NCBI GenBank assembly: GCA_029855935.1
Contig: JAGSHN010000012.1
Span: 192,001-256,000 of the forward strand
Direction of reading: 5' to 3'
Source: Candidatus Thorarchaeota archaeon
GTDB lineage: Archaea; Asgardarchaeota; Thorarchaeia; Thorarchaeales; Thorarchaeaceae
DNA: 64,000 bases
The notes beneath the pieces are model-generated. The model worked only from the letters and a program-made list of their open reading frames with translations. It did no database searches and had not been told where the DNA came from. The position numbers and the translations under genes are program-made. Positions 19,307 to 28,757 of this stretch are shown here, piece after piece. Within the stretch, counting starts at the first letter, position 1, and every line of letters starts with the position of its first letter.

Positions 19307-20035
19307 ATGCGTCGCTCTGCAGCTTTACTCTGTCTGGCCTTTGCAATGACCGGGATAGTAATTCTACTCAACTTCCAGCTGCAGACCGGCAGCGACGCTC
19401 TCGCTCTCCACGATGCGAGTCCCTCTGTTCCAGCCAGTGGAAGTGGTCTTGCAGTCGCTCCGTTCGGTCTTGCTCTTGGGACGATGCCCCTCAATACTTG
19501 GACATCAGGTTCTCTATTGCTCTCCGGAGGATGCCTGTTTGTCATCGCGACTGTGGAGGTCGGAGTGCCATCTGGGAGAGCACAGTCGTTGCGAGAACGC
19601 GTTGTCGGCGAGATTGCTGCAAATCCGGGGATTCATCTCAGGGAGCTGTTGCGGAGCGTCGGCTGTGCGATGGGTGCACTACAATACCACGTGAAAAACC
19701 TGGAGAGGGAGGGTCTGATAGTGTCTGTGAGGACGGGCAACTTGAAGCACTTCTTCGTTGCTGGCTTCTCGTCTGATGCGAACGTGCTGCGTCTGGTTGC
19801 TCTTCTCAGGAATCCGACAATTGCTGCCATTGTCAGAGAGTGTACCGCCTCCGGGCCGACTACGCAGGCCAGTCTGAGTAGAACACTGTCGATGGACAAG
19901 AGCCTCGTCTCCTACTATGTGGGTCTTCTACTCAAGGCAGGAGTGTTGAAGACGATTCCTGTGTTTGGAAGGGAACGCCCACTGACTCTGACCGACTGGG
20001 CTCGTGATGCCCTGAGTCAGTGGTCGGCACAGTGA
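19307..20035 (+). CDS. Membrane-anchored winged-helix transcriptional regulator (double wHTH)
   Basis: N-terminal hydrophobic segments, then NPGIHLRELLR...GALQYHVKNLE and a second HTH; ATG 19307 follows a GAGGTGG SD-like sequence. Confidence 0.78.
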   Translation: MRRSAALLCLAFAMTGIVILLNFQLQTGSDALALHDASPSVPASGSGLAVAPFGLALGTMPLNTWTSGSLLLSGGCLFVIATVEVGVPSGRAQSLRERVVGEIAANPGIHLRELLRSVGCAMGALQYHVKNLEREGLIVSVRTGNLKHFFVAGFSSDANVLRLVALLRNPTIAAIVRECTASGPTTQASLSRTLSMDKSLVSYYVGLLLKAGVLKTIPVFGRERPLTLTDWARDALSQWSAQ

Positions 20036-20169
20036 AGCGACCGATATTCCTATCTTCATCCTTATCTTGACGACTGTACCCAGTGCAACCCACTGTACCG
20101 GCAATCCAAGAAACACGTCACAGGAACGTATCCAAGGTGTCCGACGATAGTACATCTGGAGGTCCCTCC

Positions 20170-20904
20170 GTGGAGGAGGATGATGAAGAGATCATACTGG
20201 TTGCTGAGAGCGAGTCGGCTGGCGTCAAGTATGCCACTCGGCTCGTAGATGTCTCTCGAGTCTACGAGATAGGGTCACGTAAGATTGTCGCGTTGCACGA
20301 TGTCAATCTTGAGGTACGCCCCGGTGAGTTCGTGGTGGTTGAGGGTCCCTCTGGATCCGGCAAGACTACTCTTCTCAACATCATTGGGGCGATTGACTAT
20401 GCCACAGAGGGACGCGTCTTTCTGATGGATGTGCCGATACAGGACTATGACGAGTCGTTTCGTGCCACGTTTCGTCTGACGAATACTGGCTTCGTCTTCC
20501 AGAGCTATAACCTGATCTCAACGCTGACCGCCCTGGAGAACGTGATGTTTCCGATGCAGCTCACAGAGCATCCTCGGGCAGCGCTGAAGGAGCGTGCCAA
20601 GTCGCTACTGGAGCGAGTGGGTCTGGACGACCGGTGGGATCATCTGCCGTGGCAACTCAGCTCCGGAGAACAACAACGTATCGCAGTGGCAAGGGCGATG
20701 GCCAATGATCCACCGCTAATTCTTGCTGACGAGCCAACAGCGAATCTTGACGAGGAGAGCGCGGACCTTGTACGTCGCATCCTCCGCGAGCTGAATGAGG
20801 CCGGCAAGACGGTCATTGTGATGACACACGACCCCAAGATAATTGGCACAGAGGATGCAAGGCACTTCAAGATGCAGAGAGGGGAGTTGACAGAGATTGT
20901 CTGA
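20170..20904 (+). CDS. ABC transporter ATP-binding protein (LolD/MacB family)
   Basis: GPSGSGKT, LSSGEQQR, ILADEPTANLD; start approximate. Confidence 0.92.
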   Translation: MEEDDEEIILVAESESAGVKYATRLVDVSRVYEIGSRKIVALHDVNLEVRPGEFVVVEGPSGSGKTTLLNIIGAIDYATEGRVFLMDVPIQDYDESFRATFRLTNTGFVFQSYNLISTLTALENVMFPMQLTEHPRAALKERAKSLLERVGLDDRWDHLPWQLSSGEQQRIAVARAMANDPPLILADEPTANLDEESADLVRRILRELNEAGKTVIVMTHDPKIIGTEDARHFKMQRGELTEIV

Positions 20905-22750
20905 GGCTCCGGACTACGCTCTGAAGGACCTCAAGAGACGCCCGTTCCAGTCGGGTGTCATGCTACTCTCTATGACTACTGTCGTGGCATTCACAGTCTT
21001 TCTGTTCCTCTTTGCCAACACATTGCTGTATGTCACCGCGTACGTCACATCGGCCGCCTTTATGGGGTCGCTCTATGTGTTCCTCGAGACTTTCATCTGG
21101 GGGACACTTCTCTTTGTTCTTCTACTGGGCCTAGTGGTCTTCTCTGCTGTCATCTCTCTTGAGATGGTCAGCCGTCGAAAGGACATTGGTCTGATGAAGG
21201 CGATAGGAACTCTCACCGACACTGTCTTTGACCACTTCATGGGTCAGGCTGTGATTCTGCTCGTCACCAGCGCGGTCCTCGGTGCGAGCATCGGTGTTGT
21301 GATGTATTTTGCGGGAACACTATGGTTGTCCTCCCTTGTACCTCCCGTCAGATTTGAGATGGCGTTCCCCTTCTTGCAGATACTAGTCCTAGTAGGGCTC
21401 TATCTTCTATCGGGATACTTTGCAGCCCAGAAGCCCATCTATGACGCTGTGCAGGAGTCTCCCATATCAGTACTGAATCCCCAGCTGGGGACACGTGTAC
21501 GCCACGTCGGCCTCCTTGACTCCTTCGGGCTCTCCTTTCGTGTGGCGACGAAGGCCATGGGCCGAAGGCTTCGAGGATCGCGGAGAACGCTCCTCTCTCT
21601 GTTCATGAGCATCGCATTGGCCTCTGCGCTCTGGGTTGGCGGCGGCATTGTCAACACTACGATGGACTCCTACATAGTGCGCTCAATGGGGTCGAATGTT
21701 GTGGCAATCGGTCACTCGTCCGTTCTATCAGCGTACTATCAGTCCTACTCGCTTGGCGAGGCCCCTCCCACTGTCAACACCTCGCTGACAGAGAGCTCCC
21801 TGATGGTCCCCACGGACCTCGTAGGGGAGGTGGCCTCTGTGGATGGCGTCAGAGCGGTCGAGCAGAGACTGATCGCGTATTCGGACGTCTCAGAGGGGCC
21901 AGCCATAGTCTGGAACCCCACTCTTCAGCAATGGGAGGAGATAGGTGACAACCGCAACGGTACTGCACTGCTCATTGGTGTGGACTGGGACAGTACCATC
22001 TCGGACTGGTACTTCGAGGGCGAGCCCATCAACGCAAGCAACCAAGTGCTAATAGGTGGTGAGATGGCCGACTCTATGTTCGAGGACCCACTAGTCCAGA
22101 CGCTACGGGTGCGTGGCGCCTCTTTCGAGATACGTGGCATTGCCTTCGATGTAGCCCACGGCGGGATGGTGGCGCTGATGCCCGTTTCTGCCATGCAGGA
22201 CCTGTGGGGAATCTCGGGGGCCAACCTTGTCCTCGTACAACTTGAGGAGTACCGGCAGGATGTGATCTCTCAGATCACCTCCATTGCTCGGAGTCACGGT
22301 CTGGACATCTTTCTCCAGGAGGAGGTCGTACGGCACAATCTGGCAGTGGTTGGCGGTCTGTGGCTGCTGTTGCAGCCCCTGCCAGTGATGGCACTGATCA
22401 GTGCCTTCTTTGCTCTCACAAACTATCTGCTCGTGTCGGTGTTCAGCAGGTTCCGAGACTACATAATTATGAGGTCCATTGGTGCCAAGCCTCTCTTCAT
22501 TGCGAAGACAATAGCAGCAGAGGGGATACTGATGGCGTCAAAAGCGGGAATACCCGCAATTGTGGGGTCCATCCTCTTCGGCGCCTACCTGCTGGTGCCA
22601 GAGGCGACCGTGCCCTCGGTGCTGTACTTGCCGCTCTCATTCATCCTGATGTTTGGTGCTCTACTGATGGTGTCCGTGCTGGCAGCCATCCCGGTGTATA
22701 TGATCTTCAGCAGGCGGATGGAGTTCAGGGTGTCAGAGTTCGGTGTCTGA
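20897..22750 (+). CDS. FtsX/MacB-like ABC permease
   Basis: Two FtsX motifs (RRKDIGLMKAIG, RFRDYIIMRSIG) and an extracellular domain. Confidence 0.88.
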   Translation: MSEAPDYALKDLKRRPFQSGVMLLSMTTVVAFTVFLFLFANTLLYVTAYVTSAAFMGSLYVFLETFIWGTLLFVLLLGLVVFSAVISLEMVSRRKDIGLMKAIGTLTDTVFDHFMGQAVILLVTSAVLGASIGVVMYFAGTLWLSSLVPPVRFEMAFPFLQILVLVGLYLLSGYFAAQKPIYDAVQESPISVLNPQLGTRVRHVGLLDSFGLSFRVATKAMGRRLRGSRRTLLSLFMSIALASALWVGGGIVNTTMDSYIVRSMGSNVVAIGHSSVLSAYYQSYSLGEAPPTVNTSLTESSLMVPTDLVGEVASVDGVRAVEQRLIAYSDVSEGPAIVWNPTLQQWEEIGDNRNGTALLIGVDWDSTISDWYFEGEPINASNQVLIGGEMADSMFEDPLVQTLRVRGASFEIRGIAFDVAHGGMVALMPVSAMQDLWGISGANLVLVQLEEYRQDVISQITSIARSHGLDIFLQEEVVRHNLAVVGGLWLLLQPLPVMALISAFFALTNYLLVSVFSRFRDYIIMRSIGAKPLFIAKTIAAEGILMASKAGIPAIVGSILFGAYLLVPEATVPSVLYLPLSFILMFGALLMVSVLAAIPVYMIFSRRMEFRVSEFGV

Positions 22751-22795
22751 TGGCAACGTTCTTTAGAACCGGCTGAGCGACCTCTGTCAGAAGAG

Positions 22796-24481
22796 GTGAC
22801 AGTGGTGCCTGTGCCCGCCCCGGAGGACGAGTTCTCCATTCATTGGATTGAGGATGTCGTCAGTAAGGTCCTCAAGCGCAATGTGGGCGACTACCTGATG
22901 TCTGCTGGCAAGAGTCCGAGCGGCAGCATTCACATCGGTATCATGCGAGAGCTGATAATCTCTGACGTGATAAAGCGAAGACTGCGGGACATGGGTCGAC
23001 GGGCACGGACAATGTTCATAGTCGACGACTACGACCCCGTGAGATCTTTCCCTCCAGGTGTTTCGCTCTCACTGGAGGAGTGGGTCGGAATACCGTATTC
23101 TGACGTGCCAGACGAGTTTGGCTGCTGTGAGAGCTATGGGGCGCACTGGGCGAACGAGCTGATTGAGGCCTTCCCCGACTTTGGCATCGACCCCGAGATA
23201 GTATGGACCTCCAAGCTGTATGAGACCCCCGAGATGCTTGAGGAGGTCCGAACGTGTCTGAGGCATACAGAGACCATTCGTGAGATAATGATTGAGTACG
23301 TGGCACGGGACTTCAGTCCCCAACAGCGTGTCCAGTACGTCGAGTCGATGAAGACATGGTATCCTGCGTCTGTGGTCTGCCCCAATTGTGGTCGTCTTCA
23401 GGCGGGTGCCAAGGGGTCCATATTGCCGAACCGGGTGCTGGACTACAATGTCGAAACGGACCAGATCACATTCAAGTGCCACTATTGCGGGCTCAAGGAC
23501 ACGCGTCGTCTGACTGACATCCGTATCAAGCTGACTTGGCGTGTTGACTGGCCCGCGAAGTGGCATTTGTTCAGGGTCACCTGTGAGCCTGCAGGCAAGG
23601 ACCACGCAGTCAAGGGCGGGTCGTACGACACGGGCCTTGAGATATCACGTCGCGTATTCGGCTGGGAGGGCCCCGTCAAGGTCCCATACGAGTGGGTACA
23701 GATTGGGGGCCGCGATATGACCACGTCAGAGGGAATCGTGTTCACGCCTAGGGCATGGCTAGACATAGCCCCTGCAGAGCTCTACAGGTTTCAAATGCTC
23801 AAGACCGACCTCCAACGTACAATCAACATTCAGCCGGAGAGAATTCCCGACTCTGTCGATCAGTACGACAAGTTTGAGCGTGTCTACTACGGTCTTGAGG
23901 AGGCGGACGAGGCGCGGCGCCAGTTGGCGAGACTGTTGTATCCATTGGCTGAGGCTCATCAGGTGCGTTCAGAGTACGTCCCGAAGCTTCCCTTCAAGTT
24001 CGCTGTCGTGATCTCGCAGCTGGAGGAGCTATTGGGACGGGACACGGTCATTGAGCGTTGTGTCACTGCAATCAAGAAGCGATTCTCATTGGGCACCATT
24101 CCGGATGAGGCATATCGGGTCATAGAGAAGCGTCTGGTCATGGCGCGCAACTGGGTCCGACAGTATGGTACCGATCGGGACCGTGTTGAGGTGTCTGACC
24201 ACGTCCCTGAAGAGATTCGGAAGACCATCACCGAACAGGACCGGGCCTTTCTCTCCAGACTGCTCCACACACTGCGGAGCGGCCCACTCACTGATGACGA
24301 ACTTCAGGGCGCGATCTTCTCTGCAGCGCGTGAAACAGGTCTGAAGGAACGCAGGGCCTTCACGGTGATGTATCGAATACTGATATCTCGGAAGTCTGGA
24401 CCGCGTCTTGGGCCGTTCATCAACCTCCTTGGTGCTGACTGGGTGGCCGACAGGATTGAGAGCGTACTTGTAGGGCCATAG
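22796..24481 (+). CDS. lysS: Lysine--tRNA ligase, class I
   Basis: SPSGSIHIG, WRVDWPAKW, EPAGKDH, SGPRLG. Confidence 0.95.
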   Translation: MTVVPVPAPEDEFSIHWIEDVVSKVLKRNVGDYLMSAGKSPSGSIHIGIMRELIISDVIKRRLRDMGRRARTMFIVDDYDPVRSFPPGVSLSLEEWVGIPYSDVPDEFGCCESYGAHWANELIEAFPDFGIDPEIVWTSKLYETPEMLEEVRTCLRHTETIREIMIEYVARDFSPQQRVQYVESMKTWYPASVVCPNCGRLQAGAKGSILPNRVLDYNVETDQITFKCHYCGLKDTRRLTDIRIKLTWRVDWPAKWHLFRVTCEPAGKDHAVKGGSYDTGLEISRRVFGWEGPVKVPYEWVQIGGRDMTTSEGIVFTPRAWLDIAPAELYRFQMLKTDLQRTINIQPERIPDSVDQYDKFERVYYGLEEADEARRQLARLLYPLAEAHQVRSEYVPKLPFKFAVVISQLEELLGRDTVIERCVTAIKKRFSLGTIPDEAYRVIEKRLVMARNWVRQYGTDRDRVEVSDHVPEEIRKTITEQDRAFLSRLLHTLRSGPLTDDELQGAIFSAARETGLKERRAFTVMYRILISRKSGPRLGPFINLLGADWVADRIESVLVGP

Positions 24482-24557
24482 CCTGCATGCTCAACACGTT
24501 TATTAGAGTGACCTAAGTCCGCCCCGCCGGCCGAAGAGGCCGGGACTGTGCTTAGTC

Positions 24558-25295
24558 ATGCTGGGTCGTCTACGAGAGAGATACCAGAGGGCCATGAGAC
24601 CGCTGGGTGAGGTCCTTGCAAGAACGGGCATCACACCGAACATGATAACGGTACTGACCGTGCTTTTGGCTGGGGTGGCCGCGTATCTGTTCTATGTCGG
24701 GAATCTGATGATGGGCCTCGTCTTCATGATTCTCACAGTCGTCCTCGATATGTTCGACGGTGCAGTCGCACGTGCTGCCGGCCTGTCGTCGCCCTTTGGC
24801 GCAACACTTGACCACACACTCGACCGATACACCGAGTTCCTGTTCATGTTCGGACTGATGGCTGGCCCCGTTGGTCCCACGGGCATCGGCTGGTGGCCCG
24901 TCACAGCCGGTGACACGTTCGTCCCCTGGTTCTGGGGATATGTCGCGCTGTTCGGGATGATCATGGCAAGCTTCACGCGTGCCAAGGCCGAGTCTGTGGG
25001 CGGAGTGGAGAGATGTACCGTCGGAGTTGCAGAGAGGCAGGAAAAACTACTGCTGCAGTTCGCTGGAATACTCCTCCTCGCTCTGCCTCCAACGAATGTC
25101 TGGATGGACGTTCTGAATCTTCTCCCCAACATTGTGCACGACATCTTCGTTGCCCTTCAGGTGACGAACATTCTCACTCTGTGTGTTGTGATGGTTGCAG
25201 TCCTCTCACACATCACGGTCCTCCAGCGCCTACTGTACACGAGGGAACACGCCCCCGCATCTTTGGGTCCTGCAGCAGCCACTGAAGAGAAATGA
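24558..25295 (+). CDS. CDP-alcohol phosphatidyltransferase (archaetidylinositol-phosphate synthase-like)
   Basis: TPN, DMFDGAVAR...FGATLDHTLDRY, RAKAES. Confidence 0.88.
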   Translation: MLGRLRERYQRAMRPLGEVLARTGITPNMITVLTVLLAGVAAYLFYVGNLMMGLVFMILTVVLDMFDGAVARAAGLSSPFGATLDHTLDRYTEFLFMFGLMAGPVGPTGIGWWPVTAGDTFVPWFWGYVALFGMIMASFTRAKAESVGGVERCTVGVAERQEKLLLQFAGILLLALPPTNVWMDVLNLLPNIVHDIFVALQVTNILTLCVVMVAVLSHITVLQRLLYTREHAPASLGPAAATEEK

Positions 25296-25378
25296 CAGCA
25301 GGTGACGTCCCACATTGTACCAAGCGGACAATGAAGATTCATCTCTTCGGCCTCTTGTTGTAGAGGAGGAGTAATCAG

Positions 25379-26275
25379 GTGTACAGCATTGTAGTGGTCG
25401 GCAACTTGGCTCGGCTGATCTCGGCCAGGGGTGCTGCCGATGGGCCATTCGTCGGACCGGCAGTGGTGGCTGCATCGACTGTCGCACGACTGGGTGTGTA
25501 TGAGATGGCACTCCTCGGCGGCACCACGCAGGAATGGAAGCCGGATGCTGTGTCGGACTTCGACCAGTGTAGCATCTCCGAGTTCGTTTCTATCACGCGC
25601 CCGGAGCATCTCACAACGGAAATTGTCAATGTCCGCGGGGAAACCCTACGTCTGGGGGTCATCACTGACCGGATAAACATCCGTGAGTTTCCAGACGAGT
25701 TCCTCGGTTCTCGACTGATTCTTCTCTCTCCCTTTGCCGAGGAGGTTGACGACGAGCTGATAGAGTGGATGAGCACCTCCGGTGACGCGACCATCGTCCT
25801 CGATCCGAGTCTATATCGTGTGGTGAAGCGACGCGTCATCAGGGTCCCCATGGACCCTATCGATGCAAAGCATATACTGCGCCACGTTGATATTGTGCTG
25901 CTCAACGAGTCTGAGGCGGAGTTCATGGTTGGCGACTCCGACCCGATGGTGGCTGCTGAGCTTCTTGTCGAATGGGGTGCTGGCACTAGTATTGTGACCA
26001 GAGGGGAACAGGGCAGCGTGATGTACGGGGGTGAAGACTTTGTGATGATTCCCTCTTTCAACAGTGGCGCCCCGCCGCGCTGCTGGACTGGGTCATCATT
26101 TGCGGCAGCCTTCTCAACGGCCCTGACAGCAGGTTCTAGAATGGAGGAGGCCATTGCCTACGGCTCTAGCGTGGCGAGCGTATATGTCGAGGAGAAAGAC
26201 CACTCATCTCCGATGGACCTGCGTGAGATAGAGCGTCGGTGGGAGCACATTCGTGGAATGATTGAGTACTGCTGA
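25379..26275 (+). CDS. PfkB-fold protein with degenerate catalytic motif
   Basis: LDP, NESEA, VTRGEQG motifs present; GAGD replaced by WTGS. Confidence 0.78.
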   Translation: MYSIVVVGNLARLISARGAADGPFVGPAVVAASTVARLGVYEMALLGGTTQEWKPDAVSDFDQCSISEFVSITRPEHLTTEIVNVRGETLRLGVITDRINIREFPDEFLGSRLILLSPFAEEVDDELIEWMSTSGDATIVLDPSLYRVVKRRVIRVPMDPIDAKHILRHVDIVLLNESEAEFMVGDSDPMVAAELLVEWGAGTSIVTRGEQGSVMYGGEDFVMIPSFNSGAPPRCWTGSSFAAAFSTALTAGSRMEEAIAYGSSVASVYVEEKDHSSPMDLREIERRWEHIRGMIEYC

Positions 26276-26285
26276 CTGGCCTGGA

Positions 26286-26639
26286 CTACACCTCTGTCAG
26301 GTCGAACACCTTGTTCAGGGTGTCGAGGAGAAAGGCCTTGGCCTCCCGCATGGCCTCACGTCCCCGCTGGGTGATCTCATAGTACTTCCGTGGCGACTCT
26401 GTGTTTCGCTGTTCCTGTATTAGCCCGTCCTTGACGAGACGATATATGATTGCATAGCCGCTCACCGTGGCAGGAGAGAAACCGAACCTCTTGCTCACAA
26501 GGGCCTTCAGCTCATATCCGTAGTGTGGCCGTTCTTGAAGCAGTCTCAGAATGTAGATCCACAGCATCTCCTTTGTCATCTTGTCGACAAGACGCCCGAT
26601 GGCCTTTGGCCGGTCCCTAGACGACTCCTCTCCTAGCAT
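26286..26639 (-). CDS. PadR family transcriptional regulator
   Basis: PHYGYEL, RKYYEITQRGR. Confidence 0.92.
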   Translation of the reverse strand: MLGEESSRDRPKAIGRLVDKMTKEMLWIYILRLLQERPHYGYELKALVSKRFGFSPATVSGYAIIYRLVKDGLIQEQRNTESPRKYYEITQRGREAMREAKAFLLDTLNKVFDLTEV

Positions 26640-27240
26640 TGTGCGTCATCCTCTCGAAGTGCGATATCACCATTGCGATACAGTGGCTGCTCAAGTAGCT
26701 TCTCGGCCCAAGTGATATGGCGGGGATGTGCATCTCCCCTATCACTCTCCGGGCCTGCGAATCAAAGCCCATGTGGTCTCCCAGCATAAAACTGTTCTCT
26801 GCTTTGTGAATACCAGAGTCAATCTCTGTCAGATCTCGACCTCCCTCATCCAGCACCCAGAGATGCCCGCCATGCCGTCGTATCTGTGCCACAACATCAC
26901 GGACGCTCGCGTTCTCAACGCTCACGAAGGGGGGAGGTCTTCCATCCAGTGAGTCCTTGATCGCCTTGGCCCAGGCGACCTCTCCTATGGGAGGACTATC
27001 TGGAGGGGCTGTGAAATGTAGGGCCTTGGTGTCGCCGAGGATGGCCACGAGCTCGATACGCTCCCTCGGCCATATGGTCGGTGCCCAGTCAAAACAGGCG
27101 GCTAGGTCTCTGCATAGAATGTCAATTCTGCGACCGCTGCCCGGGAGATCTTTTAGAATGAAGCGGGTTGCTGGTGGAGTGCGTGGCATGAGCTGGATGA
27201 AGCGGAGTATGCCCTGCTTCTTCGTCATCTGGAGTACCAA
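26617..27240 (-). CDS. trmY: tRNA (pseudouridine54-N1)-methyltransferase
   Basis: DLPGSGRRIDILCR, LGDHMGF, ISLGPRSYLSSHCI (SPOUT fold). Confidence 0.88.
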   Translation of the reverse strand: MVLQMTKKQGILRFIQLMPRTPPATRFILKDLPGSGRRIDILCRDLAACFDWAPTIWPRERIELVAILGDTKALHFTAPPDSPPIGEVAWAKAIKDSLDGRPPPFVSVENASVRDVVAQIRRHGGHLWVLDEGGRDLTEIDSGIHKAENSFMLGDHMGFDSQARRVIGEMHIPAISLGPRSYLSSHCIAMVISHFERMTHNARRGVV

Positions 27241-27308
27241 CTGCCCCCTGTGCCCGTGAGGACCTGATGCACAGACAGTATGTATGTCATTGTGACGTGA
27301 TGCGATGT

Positions 27309-27596
27309 CTAGTAGTATCCGCGCCTCGGCTTTCTCTCGGCCGCACTACGAATCTGCAGCTTGCCTGAGTGAATGGCGCAACTGATACAGTAGTACTCGG
27401 TCACGACGCGTGTGTGTATGAACGCGCCCTGTTTTCGCAGCTCACGTGCCAGCTGCGGGTCTACAGCCGAGACTCTGCGCGTGAACTTCTTGGCCTTGTC
27501 CGCAGGAACAATCCTGCCACACTTGGAACACTGTACCGTACCGGTCCTTCCGGAGCCGCCCTTTGCGCGGCCGCCAGACTTTCTCTTCTTACCCAC
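27309..27596 (-). CDS. rps26e: 30S ribosomal protein S26e
   Basis: KKRKSGGR, VQCSKCGRIVPADKAK, YCISCAIH. Confidence 0.96.
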   Translation of the reverse strand: MGKKRKSGGRAKGGSGRTGTVQCSKCGRIVPADKAKKFTRRVSAVDPQLARELRKQGAFIHTRVVTEYYCISCAIHSGKLQIRSAAERKPRRGYY

Positions 27597-27677
27597 AGTA
27601 GTCCACCAGCGGTGTTTTTCACGGCGCCCCCTACTATTTGCCTTAAAACCTTGTGGCTATCTCCATTTATCCCCCTG

Positions 27678-28751
27678 TCATCGGGTCTGTTTCTTGACAA
27701 TCCTCTCCACCTCGTCGATAATCTTGGCATTGAGTCGCACTATGTCCTCGTCCACAATCCGCTCGACCTGGTCGTGAAGCCGCGGACAGCGCTCTCCTGC
27801 GAGTCCTCTCATTGAGGCCTCCACAGATAGCCCGACGAGGAACGGGTTGTACCCCCCCTCCAGCACCCAGAATGATCCGGACGCGTCTGTTTCCTCAACC
27901 AGTTCTCTGATCAGTCGGCCTATGCGCCAGAAGGTGGAGCTGTCGACGTTCATGTTCCCCACGGGATCGCCGTAGTGGGCATCGTAGCCCGCGGAGACAG
28001 CAATGATGTCAGGGTTGAAACTGACTATTGCAGGTCTAACAACACGCTCTAGGGCCTCCGTGTAGGACTCGTCAGGCGAGTTTTCTGCAAGGGGGATATT
28101 GATGTTCGTGCCCAGACCGTCCCCGTGGCCTCTCTCAAGGAAGTGACCCGAGCTGGGATTCTCAAAGTCATATTCATGGATCGAGATGTACTGTACAGTA
28201 GAGTCCGCATAGAAGATCTCTGCCGTACCATTCCCGTGATGGTCGTCGAAGTCAAGTATTGAGACTCGCTTGGCCTCAGACTTCTGCAGCGACCTTGTTG
28301 CTATTGCCACGTTGTTGAAGTAGCAGAGCCCCATAGCAGTCGATGTGGATGCGTGATGACCAGGCGGGCGCATGATGGAGAAGGCATGTCTCGCCTTCCC
28401 CTCTTGGACAAGGTGAGCAGCCTCAATGGCTGCGCCCGCTGCAAGTCGGGCAGTCCTGTACAGCGCAGGACTGGCATAAGCAGCATCCCCCACCTCCCCA
28501 CCGCCAAGCTTCGACATCAACATCACCAGTTCAATGAGATACCGCGAGTGAACGGTTGCCAGCTCGTCTTGGGTTGCCAGTCTCGGGGTGATGGTTTCAA
28601 TAACGTCCCTGAATCCGCACCTGTCAAGATGCTGGAGAATCATCTGGACGCGAAGTGGCCGCTCAAATGACTCGAGATGAGGTCTCGGAAATGGCATTAC
28701 GTGTTCCGTGACGTCCGGATGGGTCACGACGACGATATCGGCGAGGGCCAC
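27678..28751 (-). CDS. Histone deacetylase family protein
   Basis: RPPGHHA, GLCYFNN, DFDDHHGNGT, SAGYDAH, LEGGY. Confidence 0.94.
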   Translation of the reverse strand: MALADIVVVTHPDVTEHVMPFPRPHLESFERPLRVQMILQHLDRCGFRDVIETITPRLATQDELATVHSRYLIELVMLMSKLGGGEVGDAAYASPALYRTARLAAGAAIEAAHLVQEGKARHAFSIMRPPGHHASTSTAMGLCYFNNVAIATRSLQKSEAKRVSILDFDDHHGNGTAEIFYADSTVQYISIHEYDFENPSSGHFLERGHGDGLGTNINIPLAENSPDESYTEALERVVRPAIVSFNPDIIAVSAGYDAHYGDPVGNMNVDSSTFWRIGRLIRELVEETDASGSFWVLEGGYNPFLVGLSVEASMRGLAGERCPRLHDQVERIVDEDIVRLNAKIIDEVERIVKKQTR

Positions 28752-28757
28752 GCGAGC

